A stretch of 55,792 nucleotides of DNA from NCBI GenBank assembly GCA_014874295.1, contig JACWAL010000003.1, positions 1 to 55,792 on the forward strand, given 5' to 3'. The translations under genes and the position numbers were made by a program. The notes beneath the pieces are model-generated. The model was not told the origin of the DNA and searched no databases. It saw only the letters and a program-made list of their open reading frames with translations. Positions 18,075 to 26,660 of this stretch are shown piece by piece; the first letter of the stretch is position 1, and the number at the start of each line of letters is the position of its first letter. The stretch is from Candidatus Micrarchaeota archaeon (GTDB lineage: Archaea > Micrarchaeota > Micrarchaeia > Micrarchaeales > Micrarchaeaceae).

Positions 18075-18827
18075 ATGCACATCAACATGAAGATAGCGAT
18101 ATACGCGTCCGCGATGGCGGCGGTTGTGCTCTATGGTACGGTGGGCGCGTATCTGCTCGGGCAGGGCGGGAACTTCAACACGCCAATAACGAACATGGTG
18201 CAGGCCGCATACTTTGCGATCGTGACAATAGCGACCGTTGGCTACGGCGACATAGTCCCAGTGACAGACGTGGCCAGGGTATTCACGATAATATTGATAC
18301 TGTCCGGACTCAGCATATTCCTGAGTGCCGTGACGGTGCTTTCCGGTGATTTCTTGAGCGACAGGGTGGAACACATCTACTCAGGCCTTACGAGGATTGA
18401 CAGGAGGAAGCTGAAGGGGCACATCGTGCTGATAGGCTATGACGCTACTAACGCTCTGTTGGCGGAGCGCCTCAAGGCGAAGAAAAGGAACTTTATAATA
18501 ATAACAGCAGACAAGCCGATTGCGAACAGCCTCAGGGATAGGGGCTACTCAGCGTACGCCGCGGACTACACACTCTCGAGCGACATGGAGCGGTTCAACC
18601 TTAACAGTGCGTCGCACGTAGTTGTCGACCTAAGGGACAGCTCCAAGTCCGTGTACGTCGTGCTGGTCGTCAGGAAGCTTGCCAGGAACGTGAGGATATC
18701 CGTCGTGGCCCCCAACGCGGAAGTGGAGGCGCACCTAACCGACCTTGACATAGAGGACGTGATAAATCCCCAGACGATCGCAGCAGACATGCTGACCAAA
18801 GCCATAGAAAGGGATGGAGCGAAATGA
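18075..18827 (+). CDS. potassium channel with RCK/TrkA-N domain (MthK-like)
   Basis: Selectivity filter TVGYGD (TIATVGYGDIVP) between two TM helices, followed by a Rossmann-like IVLIGYDATNALLAERL domain. Confidence 0.88.
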   Translation: MHINMKIAIYASAMAAVVLYGTVGAYLLGQGGNFNTPITNMVQAAYFAIVTIATVGYGDIVPVTDVARVFTIILILSGLSIFLSAVTVLSGDFLSDRVEHIYSGLTRIDRRKLKGHIVLIGYDATNALLAERLKAKKRNFIIITADKPIANSLRDRGYSAYAADYTLSSDMERFNLNSASHVVVDLRDSSKSVYVVLVVRKLARNVRISVVAPNAEVEAHLTDLDIEDVINPQTIAADMLTKAIERDGAK

Positions 18828-18890
18828 GCCTGCTTTCACCCGAAGCGATTTAAACCTACGTTGCAAGCACATCATCTGACTGGTGTCCAT

Positions 18891-19547
18891 ATGCTGCCGA
18901 TGCCGAAAAGCATGTACGCGCGCGGTCATGGGGGCGCGGCCGTGCCCAACGACTTCTTTGAAAGTGGCGCAGGCAAGGCGGCGCTCATGTTCCCCGGCGT
19001 GCACTACAGCTGCCGCATGCCGCTGCTCTATTACACCACCAAAGTCCTCTACGATTCAGGGTATGACATACTGCAGATGCGCAACGAGTACGACGATGAG
19101 TTCCTCTCAAAGCCGGAGGACGAGCAGATGGAGCTGTTCGCCCTGGACGTGCGCGCGATGTACGACACACTCTATGCGACCAAGGCCTACACTGGATTGG
19201 CGATGGCCGGGAAATCGCTTGGCACGACTGCGATGCGCATGATCCTCGAGTCGAGAAAGGTCCCCCCAGGCACGAAGATGATATGGTTCACCCCCCTGCT
19301 CGACGACCCAAACATGAAGAAGGTGTTCTCCATGTTCCCGGCGGACTCGCAGTCGCTCTTCATAACCGGTGCGGCGGACGACCACTTCGACGCGGATATC
19401 GCGACGATGATAGAAGGGAGGGAGGACAGCACGCTGCTGCTAATCGACGGAGCGGACCATTCCCTGGAGATACGCGACGATCACGTCGCCACGATAGAGG
19501 CGCTGAAACAGGCCATAGACGCGGTCTTCAGGTTCCTGCACGCATGA
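18891..19547 (+). CDS. alpha/beta hydrolase fold protein
   Basis: Nucleophile elbow G-K-S-L-G (MAGKSLGT). Later Asp and His (GADHSLE). ATG 18891 lies 35-44 nt downstream of the TATA-like GATTTAAACC. Confidence 0.6.
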   Translation: MLPMPKSMYARGHGGAAVPNDFFESGAGKAALMFPGVHYSCRMPLLYYTTKVLYDSGYDILQMRNEYDDEFLSKPEDEQMELFALDVRAMYDTLYATKAYTGLAMAGKSLGTTAMRMILESRKVPPGTKMIWFTPLLDDPNMKKVFSMFPADSQSLFITGAADDHFDADIATMIEGREDSTLLLIDGADHSLEIRDDHVATIEALKQAIDAVFRFLHA

Positions 19548-19595
19548 ATCTTTCAGGGATTCGAACACCTGCTCCGTCTCGACGACAAAATAATA

Positions 19596-19668
19596 TGGGG
19601 AGCAGGAGATTTGAACTCCTATTACCAGCGCCCAAGGCTGGCAGTCTGCCAGGTTAGCGTAGCTCCCC
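19596..19668 (-). tRNA. tRNA-Pro (UGG), with a weak D-stem
   Basis: Acceptor GGGGAGC/GCTCCCC. Anticodon stem CCAGC/GCTGG, loop CTTGGGC. T arm AGGAG-TTCAAAT-CTCCT. U8, A14, G18G19 and A21 are in place. Only about 2 of the 4 D-stem pairs form by eye. Confidence 0.75.
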
Positions 19669-19733
19669 GTGCCAAGAAACCTTAATAAGGATGTGCGGCA
19701 AAGATAATTAAAGAATGCCTTTTAGGGGGTAAA

Positions 19734-22043
19734 ATGCAGACGCTGGACCTGCCATGGACCGAGAAGTACAGACCCTCTAGCCTGAGTGAGGTTATAGGCC
19801 AAGAAACCATCGTCAACAGGCTGAAAGCATTTGTCAAGAACAAGAACTTCCCTAATATGATATTCGCGGGTCCTGCGGGAATAGGAAAGACGACCTGCGC
19901 GGTGGCGATGGCGAACGACCTCTATAATCGTGAATTGGTCGGCGCGTTTAAGGAGATGAATGCCAGTGTAACCCCCGATACACCAGTCCTTGCCAGGCGT
20001 GCCGGGAAGATCGAGAGGACCACTATAGGAAGGCTCGCCGATGTATATTTCTCAGATGATTCCAGCAAATATATATACCCGGAAGACCTCGAGGTACTAT
20101 CGCTTGAGAGGGCGACGCTGAAGGTCGGATTCCTCCCAGTAAAGAACATTTCCAGACACAGGACAGAAAAGATAAGAAAGATTAAGTTCGAGGGCGGAAG
20201 CGTAAAGACCACTGCAGACCACTCTGTGATGGTACTGGATGATACAGGCAGGCCTAAGAGCGTAAAGGCGGGGGATTTAAAACAAGGCGACCTGCTGGTA
20301 TCTTTCAAATCTATTGTGAAAGGAGAGGGCAATACAACTTTAGACGTAAGCGAATTCGCGCCGAATGAGTTTGTCACATTCAAGAGAGGCAAAAAGCTGG
20401 TAAAGTTCAAGAACCCAAAAATAAGGGATGTGATTAAGGAGGTGGAAGTGGATGATGATATGGCGTGGTTCTTTGGAAGCTATATGGCTGAAGGAGTCAC
20501 AGGATTTCACAACAATACCAGTGGGGTCAGCGTCCTGACTTATGCCTACCCAAAGGAATATCCATTTGCAGAGCGGTCCGCCTCAGTCGTCAGCAGGCTC
20601 GGGTTCACGACAGGCATGCACACAATAGTATCTGGCTCGAGCCACATGGAATCCGCAATCCAGATGGCAGCCTCGTCTACCCAATTAGCGAGGTTTTTCA
20701 GGGCGAACTTCTACTTGCAGGACGCCGCATCAAAGACTGCCAGGTACAAGAAGGTTCCGAGCTTTGTGTTTGAGCTTCCAGTGGAAATGCGACACGAGTT
20801 CTTAAAAGGCTATTCCGGGGACGCGGCTGGAGAATGGAGCGATGTCTTGAGATACAGTTCTATATCAGAGGACCTACTGGTAGATACCACATGGCTTGCA
20901 CGGATATCGGGCTTGGAAAGCTCCATATTCAACAGAGAGTGCAGAATAATATGGGACAAGCCCTCATCTTTCTATCTCCGCACTGAGATAGTCGCAATCG
21001 AGCCGTTCATAAGGTTCCTTGAAAGCCTAGATGCAGGTTTCAACTGGAGGTACGAGTTGCGGCATTCCCTTTACTATAAAAAATCAAAGAGGGCGGAAAA
21101 AGAGCTCATATTGAGCATCTTGAAGAGACTCGACACCGCAAGGTTGTCTGAAAAGAAACTGGAGCAATTACGCTACCTGAAGCTTTTGGCAGGATCTGCC
21201 CTGTCTTCTCCACCAGTGGTTAACGTTGAAGATTTGGACTATGATGGGTATGTATATGATTTTTCAGTACCTGAGAGTGAGATGTTTTGGGGAGGAACAG
21301 CTCCAATCCTGTTACACAATAGCGATGAACGTGGAATCGACGTCATACGTGGAGATGTCAAGGAGTTCGCCAAGACAATATCGATAGCGGACGTCCCTAT
21401 AAAAATCATCTTCCTGGATGAGGCAGACTCCCTCACTTCTGACGCGCAGCACGCGCTCAGGAGGACGATGGAAAGGTTCTCCGCCCAGACGAGGTTCATA
21501 CTTAACGCGAACTACGCCAGCAAGATAATAGAGCCTATACAGAGCAGGTGCATAGTATTCCGTTTTAAGTCTCTCAACGAGCAAAACATGCGCGACTACA
21601 TAAAGCGCATAGAGAAGGGCGAAGGCCTCGGGGTTGAGGAGAAGGCAGTCGACGCCCTGATATACGTGAGCGACGGCGACATGAGGAAGCTGACGAACGT
21701 GCTCCAGAGCTGTGCGCTTCAGGATACTAAGATAACAGAAGCTGATGTATACAACGTCGCGGCGAAAGCGAGGCCGAAGGAGATAGCATCCATGCTGAAG
21801 GCCGCTCTGTCAGGCAGCTTCGCCGTTGCGAAGAACGATCTTGACGCTCTCCTCATCAGGCACGGGATGAACGCCGAGGACGTGCTGCTCCAGTGCTATA
21901 AGGAGATCCAGGGCATGAACGTCGACGAGCGGAAGAAGCTGAAGGCCATATCTGTCTTCGGGGAGACGAACTTCCGCATTGTGGAGGGAGCGAATGAACA
22001 CATCCAGATGGAGGCGATGCTCGCCAATCTTGCGCTCATCTGA
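19734..22043 (+). CDS. rfcS: replication factor C small subunit, interrupted by an intein
   Basis: Exteins carry GPAGIGKTT (Walker A), EMNA|SDERGID, IIFLDEADSLT and QSRC (SRC motif). Exteins total 317 aa, the normal RFC-S size. A 452-aa insertion lies between NA and SDERG. Confidence 0.95.
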   Translation: MQTLDLPWTEKYRPSSLSEVIGQETIVNRLKAFVKNKNFPNMIFAGPAGIGKTTCAVAMANDLYNRELVGAFKEMNASVTPDTPVLARRAGKIERTTIGRLADVYFSDDSSKYIYPEDLEVLSLERATLKVGFLPVKNISRHRTEKIRKIKFEGGSVKTTADHSVMVLDDTGRPKSVKAGDLKQGDLLVSFKSIVKGEGNTTLDVSEFAPNEFVTFKRGKKLVKFKNPKIRDVIKEVEVDDDMAWFFGSYMAEGVTGFHNNTSGVSVLTYAYPKEYPFAERSASVVSRLGFTTGMHTIVSGSSHMESAIQMAASSTQLARFFRANFYLQDAASKTARYKKVPSFVFELPVEMRHEFLKGYSGDAAGEWSDVLRYSSISEDLLVDTTWLARISGLESSIFNRECRIIWDKPSSFYLRTEIVAIEPFIRFLESLDAGFNWRYELRHSLYYKKSKRAEKELILSILKRLDTARLSEKKLEQLRYLKLLAGSALSSPPVVNVEDLDYDGYVYDFSVPESEMFWGGTAPILLHNSDERGIDVIRGDVKEFAKTISIADVPIKIIFLDEADSLTSDAQHALRRTMERFSAQTRFILNANYASKIIEPIQSRCIVFRFKSLNEQNMRDYIKRIEKGEGLGVEEKAVDALIYVSDGDMRKLTNVLQSCALQDTKITEADVYNVAAKARPKEIASMLKAALSGSFAVAKNDLDALLIRHGMNAEDVLLQCYKEIQGMNVDERKKLKAISVFGETNFRIVEGANEHIQMEAMLANLALI
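19965..21320 (+). mobile_element. intein with LAGLIDADG homing-endonuclease domain (Ser1 ... His-Asn / +1 Ser)
   Basis: Block A SVTPDTPVL, block B TADHSVMV, DOD motifs WFFGSYMAEGV and EFLKGYSGDAAGE, block F YVYDFSVPE..FWGG, block G ILLHN followed by S. The nucleotide composition is visibly more AT-rich than the flanking exteins. Confidence 0.88.
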
Positions 22044-22101
22044 GCGCGAGCGTTACCTCCAGCGGCCCGGGGGACTGATTCCGACAGCCAGATTGTGCAC
22101 C

Positions 22102-22926
22102 TTACCTCTTTACTGCAACGAACACGGGGCTGTTCTGGCTGGTTGCCTTAAACGGCAGGTCGCTCCAACCGTCATAGATTATGACCTTGAAGCCCAGCCT
22201 TTTTAGGGTGCCGACCACATCGGCGAGTCCGATGAGGCGCCTGGATATGTAGTGGTATGATTCCGCCGAGGTTCCGCGTGCGCCGGACCTCACAAACGTA
22301 TCGTCGAACCTGCCCGAATCGCCTTCGACGCTGCGCGTGAAGACCCTTATGTACCTGGTTCCGCCGCTTGATACGGTATCGGTGTGCGTGCTATCCCTCT
22401 CCCACAGCTCCCTCAGAAAGGTGATGTCGAAGATGATGATGCCGTTTTTGGAGAGATGACCCTTGGCGGTCTTGAGTATAGAGCCGAACGCCTTCCTGAG
22501 ATCGTGGCCGTGGTCTATGGCGTCGGCCGAAACTATGATATCAAACCTCTCCGGCAGGTTCAGCCTGCGCATGTCGGCGGTTACGAACCTCGCCTTTTTG
22601 GCATTAAGCTTTGCCTCTCTTACCGCCTTCCTGTTCTTGTCTATCCCGGTGACGAAGTAATGCGCGGACAGCATCGTGTCGAGCTTCCCCTTTCCGCAGC
22701 CCAGGTCCAGGACATTGAGGGCCCTCCCGCCGAGCAGCCTCCTATCCATCCTTCTTACGAACCTGTATTCGTCCGATATGTAATCCCTTCTTCTGCTTAC
22801 GGACGACCTGCGAAGCGAAAAGAACCTGCCGCTTATGCTCGTTGTCTTCTGCATCCAGTCACGCGGTTTTGCAACACTTCTGCGATGGCCTAAATGTTCC
22901 GGGTTTCCCACAGATTTTCTCTCCAT
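22102..22926 (-). CDS. class I SAM-dependent methyltransferase
   Basis: Motif I VLDLGCGKGKL. Later DIIVSADAI. Start uncertain: ATG at 22926, TTG at 22959. Confidence 0.7.
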   Translation of the reverse strand: MERKSVGNPEHLGHRRSVAKPRDWMQKTTSISGRFFSLRRSSVSRRRDYISDEYRFVRRMDRRLLGGRALNVLDLGCGKGKLDTMLSAHYFVTGIDKNRKAVREAKLNAKKARFVTADMRRLNLPERFDIIVSADAIDHGHDLRKAFGSILKTAKGHLSKNGIIIFDITFLRELWERDSTHTDTVSSGGTRYIRVFTRSVEGDSGRFDDTFVRSGARGTSAESYHYISRRLIGLADVVGTLKRLGFKVIIYDGWSDLPFKATSQNSPVFVAVKR

Positions 22927-22968
22927 CAAGGTTGTTAATCCTTCCTTTCTGGGCGCCAAGCACGTGCG

Positions 22969-23352
22969 TCACCTGCTCATTACCTTATTTAGCTCCCTCG
23001 CCCGGTGCTCCCTCCTCAACAGTTCCGTGAACAGCCTGACGCCGTTGGTCGACTCGCTATCGAACTGTCGCCTCCATTCGCGTACCTTCGAGTCGTCCAC
23101 CCTCAGGTATGGGATGACGCCGTTTTCAGTCTTTATCTCCTTTCCTATCCGCAGCTGTTCCTCCCTCTCGTTCTTGCAATAGTCGAAAAACGACTCTATT
23201 CTTTCTATTGCTTCGGCGAGCGTGCCCCCCACCGCCACCTCGCATCCCTGGAGCTTCTCAGCTTCCTTCTGGTATTCGCGGTAATCCTCTATGACAAGTA
23301 CTTTTGGCCTATCATTTTCCGACTCGCAAAAAGCAGGTTCGCTGGCTGGCAT
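22969..23352 (-). CDS. hypothetical protein (127 aa, charged)
   Basis: Genome-typical codon bias. A GAGGGTGGT SD-like element lies 4 nt upstream of the ATG, and the ATG is 15 nt after the upstream stop (operon). No motif recognised. Confidence 0.5.
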   Translation of the reverse strand: MPASEPAFCESENDRPKVLVIEDYREYQKEAEKLQGCEVAVGGTLAEAIERIESFFDYCKNEREEQLRIGKEIKTENGVIPYLRVDDSKVREWRRQFDSESTNGVRLFTELLRREHRARELNKVMSR

Positions 23353-23367
23353 ATTACCACCCTCTCA

Positions 23368-24060
23368 TTAAGAGATATTTAAAATTATCTCGAGCGGCCC
23401 AGCGTAGCTGATCTCCGGGGCCTGTATGAAGAGGTCGGCTATGAAGCTGTTCGGGTCGTCGAGCCTGAACGGGGGCGACGGCCTCGAGCTAGCGAGCCTG
23501 AACGGCGCGTTGAGCGCCACGCCAGTCACCTCGTCGCCGTAGCTGAGGGCCTTGTAGAGCTGTATGCTGTTCTTGAAGATGTGGTTCTTCTTGACGCTCA
23601 TTATCACGCCCGAGTTCTCGATCTCGACGCGCCTGCCCTTCGCGACCAGGATGACCTTGTTTATCTCCACCTTGATTATGTCGGCGTCATCCTGCAGGAA
23701 GCGCACGGTCATCGGCCCGGAGTAATTCGTGTCCGGCGCCTTGACGGTCAGCCTGAAACCGACCTTCTCGTTCGTCTTCACGGCGAGCGGCAGCTTCGTG
23801 TCGACGGTGACGAGCTCGAACGGCTTGTCGACCGTTATGTCCTTTATCTTCACGGTCGTATCCGAGAACTTGAAGGTGTTCGTCGACAGGTTCTCTATCG
23901 CAGAGCTGTTGTCGAACGGTATGGAGAGCTCGAAGGTCCTCTGCTCCGGCCTCATCCCGGGCAGCGTGTGGAACCCGCCCCCCCACATTATGTTGACGTT
24001 GGTCACATTCGTCTGTCCGCCGCCCCCGCGCTTTCCCCTGAGCCTGTCGAATATCCCCAT
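23368..24060 (-). CDS. hypothetical beta-rich protein (231 aa)
   Basis: Starts MGIFDRLRGKRGGGG. The rest is beta-strand-like (two similar halves: ..KIKDITVDKPFELVTVD.. and ..VTGVALNAPFRLASS..). Has its own TATA box upstream. No family recognised. Confidence 0.55.
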   Translation of the reverse strand: MGIFDRLRGKRGGGGQTNVTNVNIMWGGGFHTLPGMRPEQRTFELSIPFDNSSAIENLSTNTFKFSDTTVKIKDITVDKPFELVTVDTKLPLAVKTNEKVGFRLTVKAPDTNYSGPMTVRFLQDDADIIKVEINKVILVAKGRRVEIENSGVIMSVKKNHIFKNSIQLYKALSYGDEVTGVALNAPFRLASSRPSPPFRLDDPNSFIADLFIQAPEISYAGPLEIILNIS

Positions 24061-24088
24061 CGGTATCACAGGATTGTTGACGCAGAAG

Positions 24089-24099
24089 TAATATAAATT
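24089..24099 (-). promoter_or_regulatory. TATA box (AATTTATATTA on the minus strand) for the 24060 gene
   Basis: Centred about 34 nt upstream of ATG 24060. This argues against the longer GTG-24120 frame. Confidence 0.5.
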
Positions 24100-24123
24100 G
24101 GGTGGTGCGTTGGCATGCACACG

Positions 24124-24681
24124 TCAGCCCCGCGTGTCGACCAGGTAGTTTATCACGTCTATGCACGTGGCCGCCAGGTACTTCTCCCTGCCGAGCGAGA
24201 GCTTCCGCCCGTACCTCAGGACGAAGCCCTCGTCGTTCCTGGAGAGGCCGACCTGGTCCCCAAGCACGAAGAGGTTATCCTTCCCGAGCACGGCGTCGGC
24301 GAACGGCTCCCCCCTGTCGTTGAGCATGAAGACCTTGTATCCGCTCCCGTGCCTCTCCCTCACAAGCGCCTGCAGGGACTTGCCGTCCATGCTTACGCCG
24401 GGGTGTTCCCCTCCGCCCAGCACCTTCCTGAGTATGCCTTCCCAGCTCCTCTCGTCAACCCTTGCGTCCCTCAGCCCGCCGCCGCTGACGGCGATGTGCA
24501 CCGGAGGCTTAGGGGGTCCTCCCAGCACCGCGTGGAAGACCACGTCCTGCCGATGCGCCTGCGACTTGAATATTGAGGTGAGTATGCACTGGTAGACGAC
24601 GTCCAGGCGGCCGGCGCCCTCCAGGCTGCCGAAGTTGCCGTCCGTGCGGCCCATCCTGGAGTAGAGAAGGAATTCCTGCAA
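24124..24681 (-). CDS. trmY: tRNA (pseudouridine54-N1)-methyltransferase TrmY-like SPOUT protein (DUF358)
   Basis: 185 aa. GRLDVVYQCILTSIF, PPKPPVHIAVSG, DERSWEGILRKVL and FVLGDQVGLS follow the COG1901/TrmY pattern as I remember it. Confidence 0.7.
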   Translation of the reverse strand: MQEFLLYSRMGRTDGNFGSLEGAGRLDVVYQCILTSIFKSQAHRQDVVFHAVLGGPPKPPVHIAVSGGGLRDARVDERSWEGILRKVLGGGEHPGVSMDGKSLQALVRERHGSGYKVFMLNDRGEPFADAVLGKDNLFVLGDQVGLSRNDEGFVLRYGRKLSLGREKYLAATCIDVINYLVDTRG

Positions 24682-24685
24682 GCGA

Positions 24686-25525
24686 TCACACGAATGCGAA
24701 CGAGGCGTAGTCGACGACCTCGCCGAACTCCTGGGTCATGTCCCCGGAGTTGGAGTAGCTGAGCAGTATGCCCTCGCTGGCGCCCTTCCCCTTAGCGTAC
24801 ATCGCCGCGACGGTTATTGGGCCGTAGCCGCAGGCGCTGTCCTGTATCTCGTAGACCCGCCTGTTGAACGCCTGGTAATCCAGGCCGTGCAGTATGCCGA
24901 AGAGCTCCTCGTCCTTCCTCTTCCCGACGTCCGCGGGCTCGTAATGGTTGAAGTCCGACGACGCGAGGACGAGCGCATTCCTCCCAGTCGACTTCACGGC
25001 CTTGCCGATCGCCCCCGCGAGGTCCATGCACGCCTCGATGCTCTGGTCCCCCATGCAGATGAAGACGTACCTCCTCGCGATGCGCTCGTGGATGAGGAAG
25101 GGGAGCTGCACCTCTATCGAATGCTCCCCGTAGTGGGCGGTCTCGTCCTGCCCTGCGATGCTGGACCCGCTGCAGATTGCGCTCGCCAGCTCGGTATCGG
25201 TCTCGGCGGTGCCGAGCGGCGTCTCCCAGTCTATGAGCGACACGGATACGGGGTTTCCCACTCCCGTGTGGTTCGGCCCTATGACTATCACGTCGTCTAT
25301 GGCGCCGCGGTTCCTGTTCATCCCCATCGCCATGAAGGTGTGAGCCGCCGTCCTCCCGGAGTACTGGTAGCCGGCGTGCGGCGCCACGTACGCGGCGGCG
25401 TCGGCGACGTCGACGTTCACCTTCGCCATGCGCATCAGGCTCTCGATCGTGAACTCCAGCTTGGCCTTTCCCCTGGGGTAGAAGCTGCCCTCGAACGCGG
25501 CCTTCCTCGCCTGCATGCTGCTCAT
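24686..25525 (-). CDS. MEMO1-family protein (AmmeMemoRadiSam system protein B)
   Basis: ARKAAFEGSFYP near the N-terminus, APHAGYQYSG, and the GPNHTG, HYGEHSIEVQLPFL and SSDFNHY blocks. Confidence 0.88.
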   Translation of the reverse strand: MSSMQARKAAFEGSFYPRGKAKLEFTIESLMRMAKVNVDVADAAAYVAPHAGYQYSGRTAAHTFMAMGMNRNRGAIDDVIVIGPNHTGVGNPVSVSLIDWETPLGTAETDTELASAICSGSSIAGQDETAHYGEHSIEVQLPFLIHERIARRYVFICMGDQSIEACMDLAGAIGKAVKSTGRNALVLASSDFNHYEPADVGKRKDEELFGILHGLDYQAFNRRVYEIQDSACGYGPITVAAMYAKGKGASEGILLSYSNSGDMTQEFGEVVDYASFAFV

Positions 25526-25610
25526 GCTGCTATATCACCAAATAGGAATAAAAGCTGAGCGAAAGCCTGTATTTCTATCTTTCCCTGCCAATACTGTCAG
25601 GGGCGACCGC

Positions 25611-26660
25611 ATGGTTGTGCTGTTCGTGGACATGGACTACTTCTTCGCAGCGTGCGAGGAGCTCCGCCGCCCAGAGCTGAAGGGGAAGCCATTCGTGGTC
25701 GGCACACATCCTGAGAAGGACAAGTTCAGGGGAGTGGTGCAGACCTGCAACTACGAAGCGAGGAAGTACGGAGTGCACAGTGCCATGTCAATCAACAAGG
25801 CTCTCGAGCTCTGCAAAGATCTGGTCTATGTTCCGGACGACTACAAATACTACGACGAGATGTCTGCAAAGGTAATGAAGCTCATAAGGGGCTATTCGTT
25901 CCCTGTAGAGCAGGACAGCGTTGATGAGGCCGCAGTCGATCTGGGCAAGATAAGCTATGAGAATGCAAAGAGGACGGGAGAGGAGATTAAGAGGAGGATA
26001 AACGCAGAGACAGGACTGCCGTGCACCATCGGCATAAGCTATGGGAAGTACCTCGCCAAGATGGTCTGCGATGCATCCAAGCCGAATGGCTTCGGCATCG
26101 TCACGGAAAAGGAGATGCACGCGTTCCTCGACAGCAAGCCTGTTGGGAAACTGCCCGGTGTCGGGGAGAAGACAGAGGCAAAGCTCAAGTCCATAGGGAT
26201 AACCACAGTAGGCGAGCTCGCGAAGGTCAACCCCGTGGCGCTGATAGACAAGTTCGGCTCTGCGGGAGTGGATATGCAGCAGCTCGCGAAGGGCGTGGAC
26301 GACGGCAAGGTCGTAAGCACGGAGGAGACGCTCTCGATAGGGAGGCAGAGCACCCTTTATAGGGAGACTGGTGACATCGAGGTCATAGGGAAGAAGCTGA
26401 AGGAGCTGTCTGATGATGTGGCAAAAGAATCCGCGCGCAAGGAATTCATGTTCAAGAATGTAGGGGTGATGGTGCGCTATTCAGATTTCACGCAGGTCAC
26501 GAAGGCGGCGAACATGACCCACTACTCTTCATCCAGCGAGGACATCTACAAAATGGCGATATCACTCGCGAAGGATTTAATCAACGGAAAAATAGTTAGG
26601 AAGGTTGGCGTAAGGGTATCGGCTCTTCTCACAACGAAGGGTCAGAAAGCGTTATTTTGA
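25611..26660 (+). CDS. dinB: Y-family DNA polymerase IV (Dpo4/Dbh type)
   Basis: VLFVDMDYFFAACEE, SVDEAAVDL and LPGVGEKT. ATG 25611 chosen so that the conserved DMD motif is near the N-terminus. Confidence 0.92.
   Translation: MVVLFVDMDYFFAACEELRRPELKGKPFVVGTHPEKDKFRGVVQTCNYEARKYGVHSAMSINKALELCKDLVYVPDDYKYYDEMSAKVMKLIRGYSFPVEQDSVDEAAVDLGKISYENAKRTGEEIKRRINAETGLPCTIGISYGKYLAKMVCDASKPNGFGIVTEKEMHAFLDSKPVGKLPGVGEKTEAKLKSIGITTVGELAKVNPVALIDKFGSAGVDMQQLAKGVDDGKVVSTEETLSIGRQSTLYRETGDIEVIGKKLKELSDDVAKESARKEFMFKNVGVMVRYSDFTQVTKAANMTHYSSSSEDIYKMAISLAKDLINGKIVRKVGVRVSALLTTKGQKALF

Noticed and set aside
19555-19590. GTTCGAATC T-loop-like motif on the minus strand just downstream of tRNA-Pro (possible second, split or remnant tRNA)
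   Set aside because: The flanking bases do not form a T-stem (AGGTG versus CCCTG). No acceptor or anticodon arm can be built. The segment overlaps the 3' end of the hydrolase CDS.
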